DNA of 64,000 bases from Candidatus Poribacteria bacterium (GCA_965198235.1 OZ240248.1:736001-800000); one strand, 5' to 3'. Positions 29,100-39,544 are shown, numbered from the stretch's first letter. The notes: a model not told the origin generated them from the sequence alone. Numbers and translations: made by a program.

Positions 29100-30194
29100 A
29101 TGGCACACCTTACCTTGAAAGATGTCACCAAAATTTATGACGGTGACGTTCTCGCAGTTGAACAGGCAGATTTTCAGATTCCCGATGAGTCGTTTACCGT
29201 GCTCGTCGGTCCATCGGGATGTGGTAAATCAACACTATTACGGATGATTGCCGGGTTGGAAGAGATAACGGAAGGCGATATCTATATTGACGATGAACGG
29301 ATTAATGACATCCCGCCTAAAGACAGGGATATCGCCATGGTCTTCCAAAACTACGCCCTCTATCCACACATGACGGTGTATAAGAACATGGCGTTTGGAT
29401 TGAAACTTCGGAAATATCCGAAAGCGGAGATTGACGAGCGGGTCAAAGAGGCGGCGGAGATTCTGAGCATCTCACACCTCTTGAACCGAAAACCCAAGCA
29501 TCTCTCCGGTGGGGAACGCCAGCGTGTCGCCGTCGGTAGAGCGATCGTCCGACACCCTAAAGTCTTCCTGTTCGATGAACCGTTGAGCAACCTCGATGCG
29601 AAGCTACGCGTGCAAATGCGGATGGAAATCAGTCGTCTACACGACCGACTCAACGCTACCATCGTCTACGTTACGCACGACCAAGTCGAAGCAATGACGA
29701 TGGGGGACCAGATCGTGGTGATCAATGAGGGGAAAGTCCAGCAGATCGCTGATCCCGGAACGCTCTATCATAAACCGGCAAACCAATTCGTCGGCGGATT
29801 CATCGGTACGCCGCCGATGAACTTTATAGAGACGGACATCGTGAATAATGGCGGTGATCCAACCCTTAGATTTGAAAGCTTCAAAGTGGAACTGAATGCC
29901 CACCTCCAGTCGGCACTGAATAAACTTTCAGGGGATTCAGTGACGCTCGGTATCCGCCCGGAGGATATTCACGTTGGTGAAAACGGGAAAAACAGTGTGG
30001 GTACACAGGTGGAACTGGTTGAGCCGCTCGGAAATCACGCGCTTTTGTATCTACGGACGGAGAAGAACAGTTTCGTTGCACAATCCGATCTCATCAATAT
30101 ACCGCAACACAACGCGCAGGTGACAGTTCGTTTTGATATGGAGAAAGCGCACCTATTTCACCCAGAGACAGGCGAATCTTTAACAGCAGCATAG
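29100..30194 (+). CDS. Sugar ABC transporter ATP-binding protein (MalK/UgpC/MsmX family)
   Basis: GPSGCGKS, LSGGERQR, FDEPLSNLD and a TOBE tail. Confidence 0.95.
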   Translation: MAHLTLKDVTKIYDGDVLAVEQADFQIPDESFTVLVGPSGCGKSTLLRMIAGLEEITEGDIYIDDERINDIPPKDRDIAMVFQNYALYPHMTVYKNMAFGLKLRKYPKAEIDERVKEAAEILSISHLLNRKPKHLSGGERQRVAVGRAIVRHPKVFLFDEPLSNLDAKLRVQMRMEISRLHDRLNATIVYVTHDQVEAMTMGDQIVVINEGKVQQIADPGTLYHKPANQFVGGFIGTPPMNFIETDIVNNGGDPTLRFESFKVELNAHLQSALNKLSGDSVTLGIRPEDIHVGENGKNSVGTQVELVEPLGNHALLYLRTEKNSFVAQSDLINIPQHNAQVTVRFDMEKAHLFHPETGESLTAA

Positions 30195-30240
30195 CGTCTT
30201 TTGTAGGAACTATCTTGTTTCCATAGGAAGTTTAATAAAA

Positions 30241-30397
30241 TAACCTAAGTTGCCACCTTTGTAGCATAATCTTTTAGATTGTGCCAGTCGTCGTAGCATA
30301 GACTGTTAGTCTGTGCTTGCGCGTCCGCAAACTAACAGTTTACGATACAAAAACGCTGATTGCATACCTAAAATCTTGTCCGTAGCAACTTGGGTTA
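30241..30397. mobile_element. MITE-like element with 16-bp TIRs (family E)
   Basis: TAACCTAAGTTGCCAC...GTAGCAACTTGGGTTA; the same end occurs at 11774-11789. Confidence 0.6.
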
Positions 30398-30576
30398 AAA
30401 TATTTGGGTAATTCTATAAAGGACAGTTTTTACTCAAGAAGGTTCTCTAATCCTGGAAATCCCTTAATCCTGTGAATCCTGATTCAGACAAAAAAGGTAA
30501 TTTGTTTCGTCAGAAAATATCGCGACCGGGAGGTCGCTTCTACAGCAAGAATTCAAACCCTAAAAATCTGTGAAAT

Positions 30577-31602
30577 TTACAATAAAGCCTGAATTTGTGC
30601 CCATGTCTCGGCATCTATTGGAATGCCTTCCCGTTCCCGTTTACGTTGTGTTTCCCAACCGCGTTCACCCGGCACCCGAATTGCGTCAACGCCAGCGGCG
30701 CGCTTCGCCGATTTGAGATACCGAATAAATCGTTCTATCTCCGCGCTGAACCCCGGAAATCCTCTAAAACTCGCAACGTTAATCACCAGCACAAACAACC
30801 CGTTGCCGACACGAGCATCCTCACTCTGGCTACATCCTGCCCCTGTGAGCGCGCCCGATAGGATGTCGACGATGACGCTCAGCCCAAATCCTTTGTGTGC
30901 AGAAACCGTTCCACCAAACGGCAATAAGGCGGCGGGCGGCACGTCATAGAAATCGTCCGCATCCGTCGTTGGATCGCCCTCCGCGTCAATGAGCCATCCG
31001 TGCGGAAGTGCTTCGTCCCGATGCTGTTTGACCCGGATCTTCCCCGATGCGACAACACTTGTAGACATATCCAATACGATCGGATCTTGGCCTTCAATCG
31101 GCACCGCACACGCGATCGGGTTGGTTGAGAGTCGTCCTTCAACGCCGCCGTGCGGTGCGACACACGTGCCACCCCCATGGTCGTTCGTCATGAGCAATGC
31201 GATCATCTCAGCATCTGTGGCGAGACACGCGTATCCGCCTAATCTACCGACCTCATTGCACCGCGAAACAGCAACCGAGCTTATATCTGTCTGACTTGCT
31301 TTCTGGATTGCTAATTCGACGGCACGCGTAGCAATGACGGGACCGAAGCCCCAGTTTCCATCTAAAACCGCGATTGAAGCGGATTCATGTAGGACTTCTG
31401 TGGGTGAATCGGGCTGGATTAATCCCTCTTCCAATTCACGCACATATTTCGGGAGGTGGATAACGCCATGTGAATCGTGTCCGACGCGATTGGCATCCAC
31501 CATAGACCGGGTTACCACTTCCGCTTCGGCTGTTGGGATCTTTAATTTCTGAAAGACGTTTAAGCAAATTTCGGTGAGTTCTTCCGCTGTAAAGTTCGGC
31601 AT
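30577..31602 (-). CDS. Ldh_2 family (malate/L-lactate-type) oxidoreductase
   Basis: GHDSHG, STNPIA, LDMSTS, HKGFGL and RVPGE. Confidence 0.92.
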   Translation of the reverse strand: MPNFTAEELTEICLNVFQKLKIPTAEAEVVTRSMVDANRVGHDSHGVIHLPKYVRELEEGLIQPDSPTEVLHESASIAVLDGNWGFGPVIATRAVELAIQKASQTDISSVAVSRCNEVGRLGGYACLATDAEMIALLMTNDHGGGTCVAPHGGVEGRLSTNPIACAVPIEGQDPIVLDMSTSVVASGKIRVKQHRDEALPHGWLIDAEGDPTTDADDFYDVPPAALLPFGGTVSAHKGFGLSVIVDILSGALTGAGCSQSEDARVGNGLFVLVINVASFRGFPGFSAEIERFIRYLKSAKRAAGVDAIRVPGERGWETQRKREREGIPIDAETWAQIQALL

Positions 31603-31759
31603 CGTAGGCTCCTTCCACGAGATACCGCTATTTTATAGGGGTCTGTTGGGGTTGTCAAGTGCGAATTTTCTCAACAAAGGGAATCGTGACCAGAGGCCGA
31701 ACCCACGGAATAACTATCAGTTATCAGTACGGGTTGCTACGCAACCCTTTCAGCAATCA

Positions 31760-31982
31760 GTTGTTGGGTTTCGCTTGGTTCTACCCATAGCCGTCAATTT
31801 AGCGTTTTCGTAGGTTGGGTTGAACGAAACTGCAAAGGCCACTGCCGACACTCCAAATACACTTCAAACACAAGATCTGTTGTATGCCACCAAGGACGTA
31901 GTGAAACCCAACTTTAGCCCCTACATTTCAAGAAAACCCACAGGAAAAGCGTTGGGTTTCGCTTGGTTCCACCTAACTACAA
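31760..31982. repeat. Cluster of GTAG-type REP repeats (GTAGGTTGGGTTGAACG / GAAACCCAAC)
   Basis: Inverted TGGGTTTC / GAAACCCA units; a related pair lies at 27547-27610. Confidence 0.55.
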
Positions 31983-32063
31983 ATGTCGTCTGAATCAGGA
32001 TCAGCAGGATTGAGGAATAGGGGAATCGCGACTGGGAGATCGCTCCTACAGAGGAGGTAAAAA

Positions 32064-32874
32064 TCACTGGCGTTGTTTCAGGCTTGCCCATGTTGTAGCT
32101 AACTTTCCTTTTGCCGCAACACTCAGGTGTTGATTCGGATGTTCCGACAGAAGTTTCACCATTTTTTCATCACCTAAATCCCGTGCCAAGTCAATCGGTG
32201 ATTTGCCAGCTTTATTCCGCGGACGTATCCAGATATTTTCATGAGACAACAGCGCATCCACCACCTCTGTGTAACGATTCAAAACAGCGTAATGCAGTGC
32301 TGTCGAACCGGTGTCGTCTCGAGCGTTAACATCAATGTTTCTGTCTTGCTCCAAGATCCAAACGGCAAACGTCTCGTGTCCCTGTCTGAGTTCAAAGATC
32401 AGCGGAGACTTCGGAACACAACCTGCTGGAACTTTTTCAAACGTATAGTCAGGGAAAAAACAATCACCCGGGTCCAAGTCCTCATAGGTAACTTTGTAGA
32501 GCCAGACGATGCCGTTTATATCGTCTTCACTAAGGTGGTGACCCGTGTAAATGAAAACGTTAAATGCCATGACGGCGGCCGGCTGTGTTCCTCTGGTCAA
32601 ATTTAGTCCTCCCGTGGTGGGGACTGCTCCAGGAACTGGGTAGGTATCCCCCACCCCCATGGCGTGACCCCAACTCGTGTATGAGAGTTTTCGTGAACTG
32701 CCGGCTATTTACATCTGTGCCTCGGTCTATTTCAACAAGGAGTGGAGATCGCGGGTTATCAAATACCAGTGCTCCAGATCTTCCTCCCGGTTTGCAGTGA
32801 AAGATCAACCGTAGATCGAGGTGTCTCCATATGAGAAGTGTTATCGCACTGTTAGGTTTTATCAAATCTTTCAT
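32064..32874 (-). pseudogene. Zinc-protease-like (HELGH) plus ankyrin protein with C-terminal 'VAAKGKLATTWASLK' motif; frameshifted
   Basis: An extra G in a G-run at ~32668 splits IHELGH-AMGVGDTY; ankyrin motif GSTALHYAV; the N-terminus looks short. Confidence 0.7.
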
Positions 32875-33015
32875 AGGGCGTTTCTCCTTATATTGTGCTG
32901 TATTATACCTCCTTTTCCCCGTGGCAGCGATCGAGAGGTCGCTCCTACAGGAAAAGAAGGAAAGAAATCGCGACCGGGAGGTCGCTCCTACAAAGAGAAG
33001 GAGGGAAATAACGCG

Positions 33016-33843
33016 CTATGTCTCCTTCGCCTGTCCCAACAACTCTGCCAACCGGTCGGCAAAACGGAGTTGGCTGTCGTCCTCTGGAGCATAACCTATG
33101 ACCTTCCGCGCATTGGCGATACTCCAGAATTTATGCGAATTGTCGCTGATGCCGTAGAAGATCTGGAACGGGATCCCGTTTTCGTCCTCTATGTTCTCTG
33201 TCTCAATGCTCTTGACAAAGAGTTGGACCTGATCCCGGATGCTCAAATACGCGCCGAGTCCGCGGTGCATTGCCTTCAAATCGTCCGCTGAAGAATTCGC
33301 CATATCCGTCTCCCGCGGTCCACCGATACGCAACTGGACGTTCTGTAATTTCTTACCGTCAACGTGTCCCGTCGCAAAGACAAAACCGAGGTGCTCATAC
33401 GCCTCTTTTGCCCACCCGTAGAAATTATCGGAGAGCGGACGCGTCTCCGGTGTCACCACATCCCACTTATCTGCCCAGATAAGACGCTCATAATAGTCGG
33501 CGGCGTGGTTGGAACTACAGACGACGACGCGCCGGACATCGGTCTCGATACAAGTCTGATAAAGATTGTATGCCATCTGGATGTTGGCAAGCTCATTCTC
33601 GAAACTACCACCCTTAAAAGCGCAGTGGATGACTGCATCAACGCCTTCAAAATGGTGTCGGTATGCGTCTCGATTGGGGTCGGTCAGTTCGGCAATCTGA
33701 ACGTTTTCGACCGCTTCCCCCTGACGATTCGTGGTTTTCACGTCTAAGAGTACGAGGTCGTAGCGTTGGCGAAATTCTGGAAGCATCCGTCCGGCGATAT
33801 AGCCAGAGGCTCCGGTGATAAGGACTTTTCTGCGGTTCGGCAT
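33016..33843 (-). CDS. NAD-dependent epimerase/dehydratase (uronate dehydrogenase-like)
   Basis: ITGASG, CSSNHA, YGWAK and GYAPED. Confidence 0.88.
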   Translation of the reverse strand: MPNRRKVLITGASGYIAGRMLPEFRQRYDLVLLDVKTTNRQGEAVENVQIAELTDPNRDAYRHHFEGVDAVIHCAFKGGSFENELANIQMAYNLYQTCIETDVRRVVVCSSNHAADYYERLIWADKWDVVTPETRPLSDNFYGWAKEAYEHLGFVFATGHVDGKKLQNVQLRIGGPRETDMANSSADDLKAMHRGLGAYLSIRDQVQLFVKSIETENIEDENGIPFQIFYGISDNSHKFWSIANARKVIGYAPEDDSQLRFADRLAELLGQAKET

Positions 33844-33934
33844 TTGTTTGGCGTTTCCTTTTGTTGGGATATAATGAGATGCTCAGGGAGTTAAACTGTG
33901 CGCTGCAATTTTTTGTTCTATTTCTTGTATTAGC

Positions 33935-34375
33935 CTATTCATAAGAGGGTGAAAAGGAGTCATCAGCAAACCATTCAATGATTGTATCTAATAGTTGTCT
34001 ATGCTCATCTGCTTCCTGAGGATCCATCAAATTTTCTAAACTTGGATCAGCACCCGCATACAAATCGTTCTCAATGCTATATCCTTGTGTCCAAATAATA
34101 TCCTCATACCCAACAGGAAGTTGTGTAAACAATTCCTTATCCCGATCGGCGATAAAAGCAACAGGTAAATGGTCAAATTCGCTTCTTCTGTCATAAACAG
34201 CCAATACATTACTTCTCATACCTGCCGCAAGAACATCTATTTCGTGAACCTCAAGAAGATCTTCCATCCACCGAAATATTTGCATATCATCTTTACCTTC
34301 CACAACAACCGTTGGTAGTTTCGATCTACGAAGAGTAGAAACCAATTCGTCCACCGTAGGGTGTCGCTGTAACAT
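33935..34375 (-). pseudogene. DUF4435 TOPRIM-like protein (AriB-like), apparently truncated
   Basis: VVVEGKDD, FIADRD and YSIEND motifs; only 146 aa; translationally coupled to the ATPase. Confidence 0.65.
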
Positions 34376-35541
34376 TAACCTTCTCCGCGATTTTCGTCTA
34401 ACAGAAATTCTTTGTCCGGGTATTTAGTATAGATAAAAGGTGAATGTGTAGCTACGAAAAATTGATTATTTTGTCCTTGCTCCATCAATGTCGGAAATAA
34501 ACGTCTTTGCCAATCAACGTGTAGGCTTAACTCTGGTTCATCGATGAAAACAGCTGTGTCTTTGCTAAACGCGTTGTAGCATAAAAAACTGAGCATCTGC
34601 TTCTCGCCGGCAGAGAGTTTGTCAGAGGAAATAGCATCTTTTGCTTCCCCAACTGTAATTCCATCGCTTCCTTCTCCCAAAGTAATGCCGTCGGCAGTTT
34701 CCCCTCGAACACCCCTTCCAGTAACACGAATCGCGTCATACCGTAGAATCTTCCGAGATAACTCAGACAACACAGAGAACGGCTTACTCAACTGTTCCCG
34801 TTCCTCATTAACCTTTTGAATAGCATTCAAAACAGCCGAAGGATCTTGAGGAATCTCAGAAACTTTGTCCGTATCTGGATTGTTTTGTATCTCTCTTGAA
34901 ATATCTTCTAATACCTGCGACTGGCGTGTGCTGATTTCTTCATAAATATCAGCGTATTTCTGTGTGAGCAGTTCACCGAGATCCTCTGTTGAGATTGAAG
35001 CGATGAACTTGTGCCCATTGATTGACACCTCATCGGAAAATCTCAACATTGAAACTTGCAGCATTTCCGGTACTGACAAAACTCTTACATCTGAAACCTC
35101 TGCATCCGGAGTTCTGGAAAAGCCGCCCTCAATTCTTCTAAAGGTTGGGAAGAATAGACTCCGCTTGGTCGTTCGCGCGATCCGCTTTTCAAGCACATTT
35201 ACCATATCCACATCCTTCCTACTTATCCTTCCGGTTTCTGCATCTATGATAATAAATTCGTATCCCCCTTCTTCTTCACCAAAACTGTAATCAAAGGTAA
35301 CTTGGTTGGGTTCAACACGTTCCATGCTGAAAGTGAACAGATCAGTCTGAATTAAAATGGAATGAAACGGGATTTCAGCAAGGATTTGCTCAAGGTGTCC
35401 ACTAATGAGATACCACAGCAACTTAAGGAGTGTTGTCTTACCTGAGCCGTTCGCACCAGTAATAATATTCAGGTCTGAATGGAATTCCAGACCAGCGTCA
35501 ATCCGATTGTTTAACCCCTTTACTATAAGTCTTCGTATCAT
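34375..35541 (-). CDS. ABC-type AAA_15/AAA_21 ATPase (AriA-like)
   Basis: GANGSGKT, LSAGEKQ, FIDEPELSLH and ATHSP. Confidence 0.85.
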   Translation of the reverse strand: MIRRLIVKGLNNRIDAGLEFHSDLNIITGANGSGKTTLLKLLWYLISGHLEQILAEIPFHSILIQTDLFTFSMERVEPNQVTFDYSFGEEEGGYEFIIIDAETGRISRKDVDMVNVLEKRIARTTKRSLFFPTFRRIEGGFSRTPDAEVSDVRVLSVPEMLQVSMLRFSDEVSINGHKFIASISTEDLGELLTQKYADIYEEISTRQSQVLEDISREIQNNPDTDKVSEIPQDPSAVLNAIQKVNEEREQLSKPFSVLSELSRKILRYDAIRVTGRGVRGETADGITLGEGSDGITVGEAKDAISSDKLSAGEKQMLSFLCYNAFSKDTAVFIDEPELSLHVDWQRRLFPTLMEQGQNNQFFVATHSPFIYTKYPDKEFLLDENRGEG

Positions 35542-35555
35542 GAGTTCATGTCCTC

Positions 35556-37235
35556 TTATTGAATCTCCAGTTTTTCTTTACAGTGCCGAGCGAGGATTTT
35601 CATTTCTGCGATGACTTGTGCCTCGGTTTGCATCAACTGGCTAAAGATGGGCGGGACAAGTCGCCTGCTGAAAATTCTTTCAAAGAAACCTTGTTGGACC
35701 TGGAGTGGCATCCCGAAACGTGAAGTTCCAACACGGTCAGGTTCCATCCCTAAGTATTCAATTGAGAGATAATGCGCAACCTCATCTTGGGTAACGTTGC
35801 CTTCATGGATGCTGCCGGTATTCCTCCGCCCGTAACTTACGAGATAAACCCTGCCACTCATTCGGCTGAGGATGGTATAACCCCCCACATCAACTGCTTC
35901 ATTCCAACACTTTTCAAATCCGTTTTTAGGAAGGCGTTCGCGAAGTTCTTGGGCGGAGCGGACCACGAATTTGTTCTGATGAGGCGTTTTGATGATAAGA
36001 AACTCTTCATCCTGGTCCTCTAATGGAGGTTGTCCTGTGAACAAATCAACAGAATCTAAAGTCCAGACGATACCATCTCGGAGGCCCTTCGCCATGTTAT
36101 GATGCCTCTCAACAAATTCTCCATTCAGTGGATGCAGACGATAAGCCCCACTATTGTTAAACACACTCCGCAATTTTCGACGATGTTCTATGACAGAAAA
36201 CCGCTTTTTAGTGACTGGTATTTCTAACTGGAGCGTATATCCAGTATGCAAATCGGTTGTGAGGTTCAGCTGGGATTGGCGAAGTTCAGCTAAGCGGGTC
36301 AAAGCCGTCTGGCTTTTCGACAAAATCCTTCCAATTAGATACTCGCGGCGGAGCCCAGGGATCTCCATAGCAAGTCGCTCAAGCGTTGGGGCATCCAGCT
36401 CCTCTAACATAACCTTGTGTTCCCATCGGGTGCCGCGTTCATGCACTAAAATTTGGAATTGCTGCGCATCGCCGGCAGTTCGGATATACCCGAGTGCCGT
36501 CCATGGGTCGAATGTCGCACGGTAGTTCCCGCTGGTTTCCGCATCTCCATTCGCCAACACGCAATCTCGTCGTTCATACCGAGAATAAAGCCCAAATTGA
36601 AATTCAAAATCTTTGTAGGGCACTAAGGCTTCGCGCAAATCACGGGCAAACTCTTTTCCTTGTGCGAAACGTTTGAAAATTTGCTCGGTGCGTTTCGGTT
36701 GATTGAGCGCATCAAGGAACGTTCCAATCTGAAGCCCACCTTCTTCTACACCTTCATCTTCATTTTTTCCAAAAACCTTGGTTTTGGTTTTAAAAGGAGG
36801 GTTCCGGAGGGACACGTCGCGTTGTGAGACGAGATGCAACGCCGCATCATCCGTTACATCCTTGAGTGCAGGCGCGTCTCCGAGGATTTCTGCGAGTTTG
36901 ACATCATCAATCTTTTCCGTCAAGTCAATGCCGCGTTTTAATTCAGCGAAATGGATGATGTCATCAAGACGATACTGCAGTGGTGCGCTCGAAGAGAGGT
37001 TATCGTAGTTAGAGCGATGGAAGCGGATGCGCGGCTTGATACGAAAGACCGGGGTGAGCCCGTAATCCTTCAGCAACACATACAGCGTGACGGTATAGGA
37101 GTCGGCGTGAACCTTCTGTGCCAAGATTCCGTCCGGCTTTGTGTCTTGTTCCACGATTAACCGCTCTTGAACGAGCTGGCTATCGTTGCCGAAAATTATC
37201 ATCCGATGTTCTTCTCTGTTATCATCAACTAACAT
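35556..37235 (-). CDS. Divergent VTC/CYTH (triphosphate tunnel) domain protein, possibly with tandem TTM domains
   Basis: Motifs REEHR, YTVTLY, KPRIR, FAELKR, YERR, RATFD, WEHKV and LSKS occur in the order expected for the VTC domain. The second half contains a CYTH-like YLSIEYLG strand. Confidence 0.55.
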   Translation of the reverse strand: MLVDDNREEHRMIIFGNDSQLVQERLIVEQDTKPDGILAQKVHADSYTVTLYVLLKDYGLTPVFRIKPRIRFHRSNYDNLSSSAPLQYRLDDIIHFAELKRGIDLTEKIDDVKLAEILGDAPALKDVTDDAALHLVSQRDVSLRNPPFKTKTKVFGKNEDEGVEEGGLQIGTFLDALNQPKRTEQIFKRFAQGKEFARDLREALVPYKDFEFQFGLYSRYERRDCVLANGDAETSGNYRATFDPWTALGYIRTAGDAQQFQILVHERGTRWEHKVMLEELDAPTLERLAMEIPGLRREYLIGRILSKSQTALTRLAELRQSQLNLTTDLHTGYTLQLEIPVTKKRFSVIEHRRKLRSVFNNSGAYRLHPLNGEFVERHHNMAKGLRDGIVWTLDSVDLFTGQPPLEDQDEEFLIIKTPHQNKFVVRSAQELRERLPKNGFEKCWNEAVDVGGYTILSRMSGRVYLVSYGRRNTGSIHEGNVTQDEVAHYLSIEYLGMEPDRVGTSRFGMPLQVQQGFFERIFSRRLVPPIFSQLMQTEAQVIAEMKILARHCKEKLEIQ

Positions 37236-37286
37236 GGATCTACCCTCCCTGGACCTATAAAACGATACCGTCGGGTCTCGGTTTCG

Positions 37287-38261
37287 CTACGCCGCTTCGG
37301 ATCGCTGTCGTGCCAAGGCAGCTGCGCCAAGGATACCGGCATTGTCCCCCAGTTCTGCCGGCACAATCTGAACCCCACTCAGCGTATTGGGCAGCGCGTA
37401 TTTTCCCGCAGCGGCACGGATATCATCCAAGAACGTATCGTCCAGTGCCTCAACGACACCGCCACCTAGTACAATCATCTCCGGATTCAAGAAATTCACG
37501 ATGGAACCAATGCCGATTCCAAGATATTTTGTTACTTTTTTGAAAACTTTGAGGGTCAACTTATCGTTTAATCGAATCGCCTTCGCCAAAACCCCACTCC
37601 GAATCGCACCAAGGTCGCCGTCGGTGAGTTCGGAAATCACACTCTTTTTTCCCTTTTTTAGAATAGCCTTTTGGAATTGCTTTGTCATCGCTGTGCGGCT
37701 GGCGATTGCTTCCAAACATCCACGCGTACCACAGCCACAGCGCGGACCCCCTGCTTTGACGATGATATGCCCGATTTCACCAGCCGTTTTACTCGCACCG
37801 TGGAACAACTCACCCTGTAGAATAATCCCACCGCCAATACCTGTGCCTACAAAAATCCCGACGACGTTCTGAACACCTCTTCCCGCACCGAACACGTGTT
37901 CACCGAGCGTTCCGACGTTCACATCATTGTCAACAAAGGTTGGAATGCCAGTGCGTGTTTCCAACTCTGTCTTCAGCGGAACGTCCCTCCATCCGAGATT
38001 TGGTGCGAAAATGACAACGCCTGTTGCAGGGTCAAGCGGTCCCGGAGCACCAATGCCGATCGCTTGAATTGAATCAGAGGCAACCCCTGATTTGTCAATC
38101 GCTTTTTGGACGCAGCCTGCGATCCGATCAATCACTTCGGATGCCCCTTTGTCCGCCTTCGTTGGGACTTTGGCCGTGCCTAAGATATTACCCTCTGCAT
38201 CAATGACAGCGGACAGAATCTTGGTGCCGCCCATATCCACACCGATAACATTAGCACTCAT
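37287..38261 (-). CDS. ROK family sugar kinase (glucokinase-like)
   Basis: GVDMGGTK, DNDVN, GTGIGGG, GEIGH and CGCGTRGCLE. Confidence 0.92.
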   Translation of the reverse strand: MSANVIGVDMGGTKILSAVIDAEGNILGTAKVPTKADKGASEVIDRIAGCVQKAIDKSGVASDSIQAIGIGAPGPLDPATGVVIFAPNLGWRDVPLKTELETRTGIPTFVDNDVNVGTLGEHVFGAGRGVQNVVGIFVGTGIGGGIILQGELFHGASKTAGEIGHIIVKAGGPRCGCGTRGCLEAIASRTAMTKQFQKAILKKGKKSVISELTDGDLGAIRSGVLAKAIRLNDKLTLKVFKKVTKYLGIGIGSIVNFLNPEMIVLGGGVVEALDDTFLDDIRAAAGKYALPNTLSGVQIVPAELGDNAGILGAAALARQRSEAA

Positions 38262-38311
38262 AAAAAATCTCCTGTATACACATTTCGTACGTGCGACCAT
38301 CCCATAATTGG

Positions 38312-38833
38312 TTATGATACTAAAAATGATAACAATTTTTGTTTGAAACCTGCGGCGGAGAGTTGGTCCCACTTTTCCAAAAACGTTTCATAATCCGCTT
38401 TGCGGGTTTCCTCCGTCCGAGCAATGACCGTAGCAACACCCGGAGGGACATCAATCTGTCCTCCTTGACTTTCCGATTGAGATGCATAATCGGCTAAAAC
38501 TTTCAAGACGACATCAGCGTCATGAATATCGCCGAGTATTTCTTGTAAATCAACGATCACCGCGAGAAATTCAGCAAAATGTTTGTCGTCAGTTAGCGAA
38601 GCCTTTTTAGAACGTGTTTTCGGCAATCTATAAGCCACGCGAAAAAGTTCCATCGTATACCGGAGGCGTTTAATGGAAATTCGCATATTGTGGAGTTCTT
38701 CGCGCCTCGTCTCATCCCGAATGAACGGCTCCCACGTGTAAACCTCTTGAAGTCTTTGTGGGAGAATGATACGGGCATTCTCGTGATAACTACGCAGCGG
38801 TGCAACGTCGATGACTTTGTGTGCCTTTGCCAT
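38312..38833 (-). CDS. CHAD domain protein (C-terminal half type)
   Basis: LHNMRISIKRLRYTME and LQEILGDIHDADV. Confidence 0.85.
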   Translation of the reverse strand: MAKAHKVIDVAPLRSYHENARIILPQRLQEVYTWEPFIRDETRREELHNMRISIKRLRYTMELFRVAYRLPKTRSKKASLTDDKHFAEFLAVIVDLQEILGDIHDADVVLKVLADYASQSESQGGQIDVPPGVATVIARTEETRKADYETFLEKWDQLSAAGFKQKLLSFLVS

Positions 38834-39045
38834 TTTTTAATTATACCTTGCGGTTCGGTGAAGTGGGTGTTTTTGCTTGGGTGTTTCCCCAGAGACCTTG
38901 AAGTTCCTCTCCGCATACCCGCTCTCCATTACATTACGAGCTACGCGCTTTGGTTTACTTTTTTCCACCAAATCCTTCAAACATAGTTGAGACTTAACCA
39001 GATACCTACACGTAATGAAATGGAGCGCAGCCCAGGAGTACATAC

Positions 39046-39522
39046 TTAAAAATCCGCTCCTCCAAAGAATTCCAAAAACTCGGTCTCAAAACCGGTTTCT
39101 TTCAGTTCCTCAAAGAGCATCAGCATCGGTTCTCGTGCTTCCTTCCGTTCCCGCTGTAGGTGCTCAATCAACCCTCGGAGGTCTGCTCGCTCCACTGCAG
39201 TCAGATTAGTTAATTCATTCTGAAAACGAACGATTAGGACATCCAGATCCCGCACGGCTCCCATCGTTCGGGTTATCGCTTTTATCTTTTTGTAGTGTTT
39301 TTTGAACGGCTTCTTTGGAAAGCAGTCAGCGAAATTGTCCATTGCGGCGCGCAAGCGACGCGAAGCAACGCGCATATCATGGACAAACTCAATATCGATC
39401 CCGTCTTTGGCTCCCTCTTTGTAGGATATCATTTCGTGAAAATAGTTCACGATTATCTGCCGAGCACAGGTTTCCAACGTTTCGTCAGGTGAGATTCCCT
39501 TGATTTCCGGTTCTGTAGCCAT
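39046..39522 (-). CDS. CHAD domain protein (N-terminal half type)
   Basis: VHDMRVASRRLR and MGAVRDLDV. Confidence 0.85.
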   Translation of the reverse strand: MATEPEIKGISPDETLETCARQIIVNYFHEMISYKEGAKDGIDIEFVHDMRVASRRLRAAMDNFADCFPKKPFKKHYKKIKAITRTMGAVRDLDVLIVRFQNELTNLTAVERADLRGLIEHLQRERKEAREPMLMLFEELKETGFETEFLEFFGGADF

Positions 39523-39544
39523 TGTCCTATTCCAATTTTTTTAA

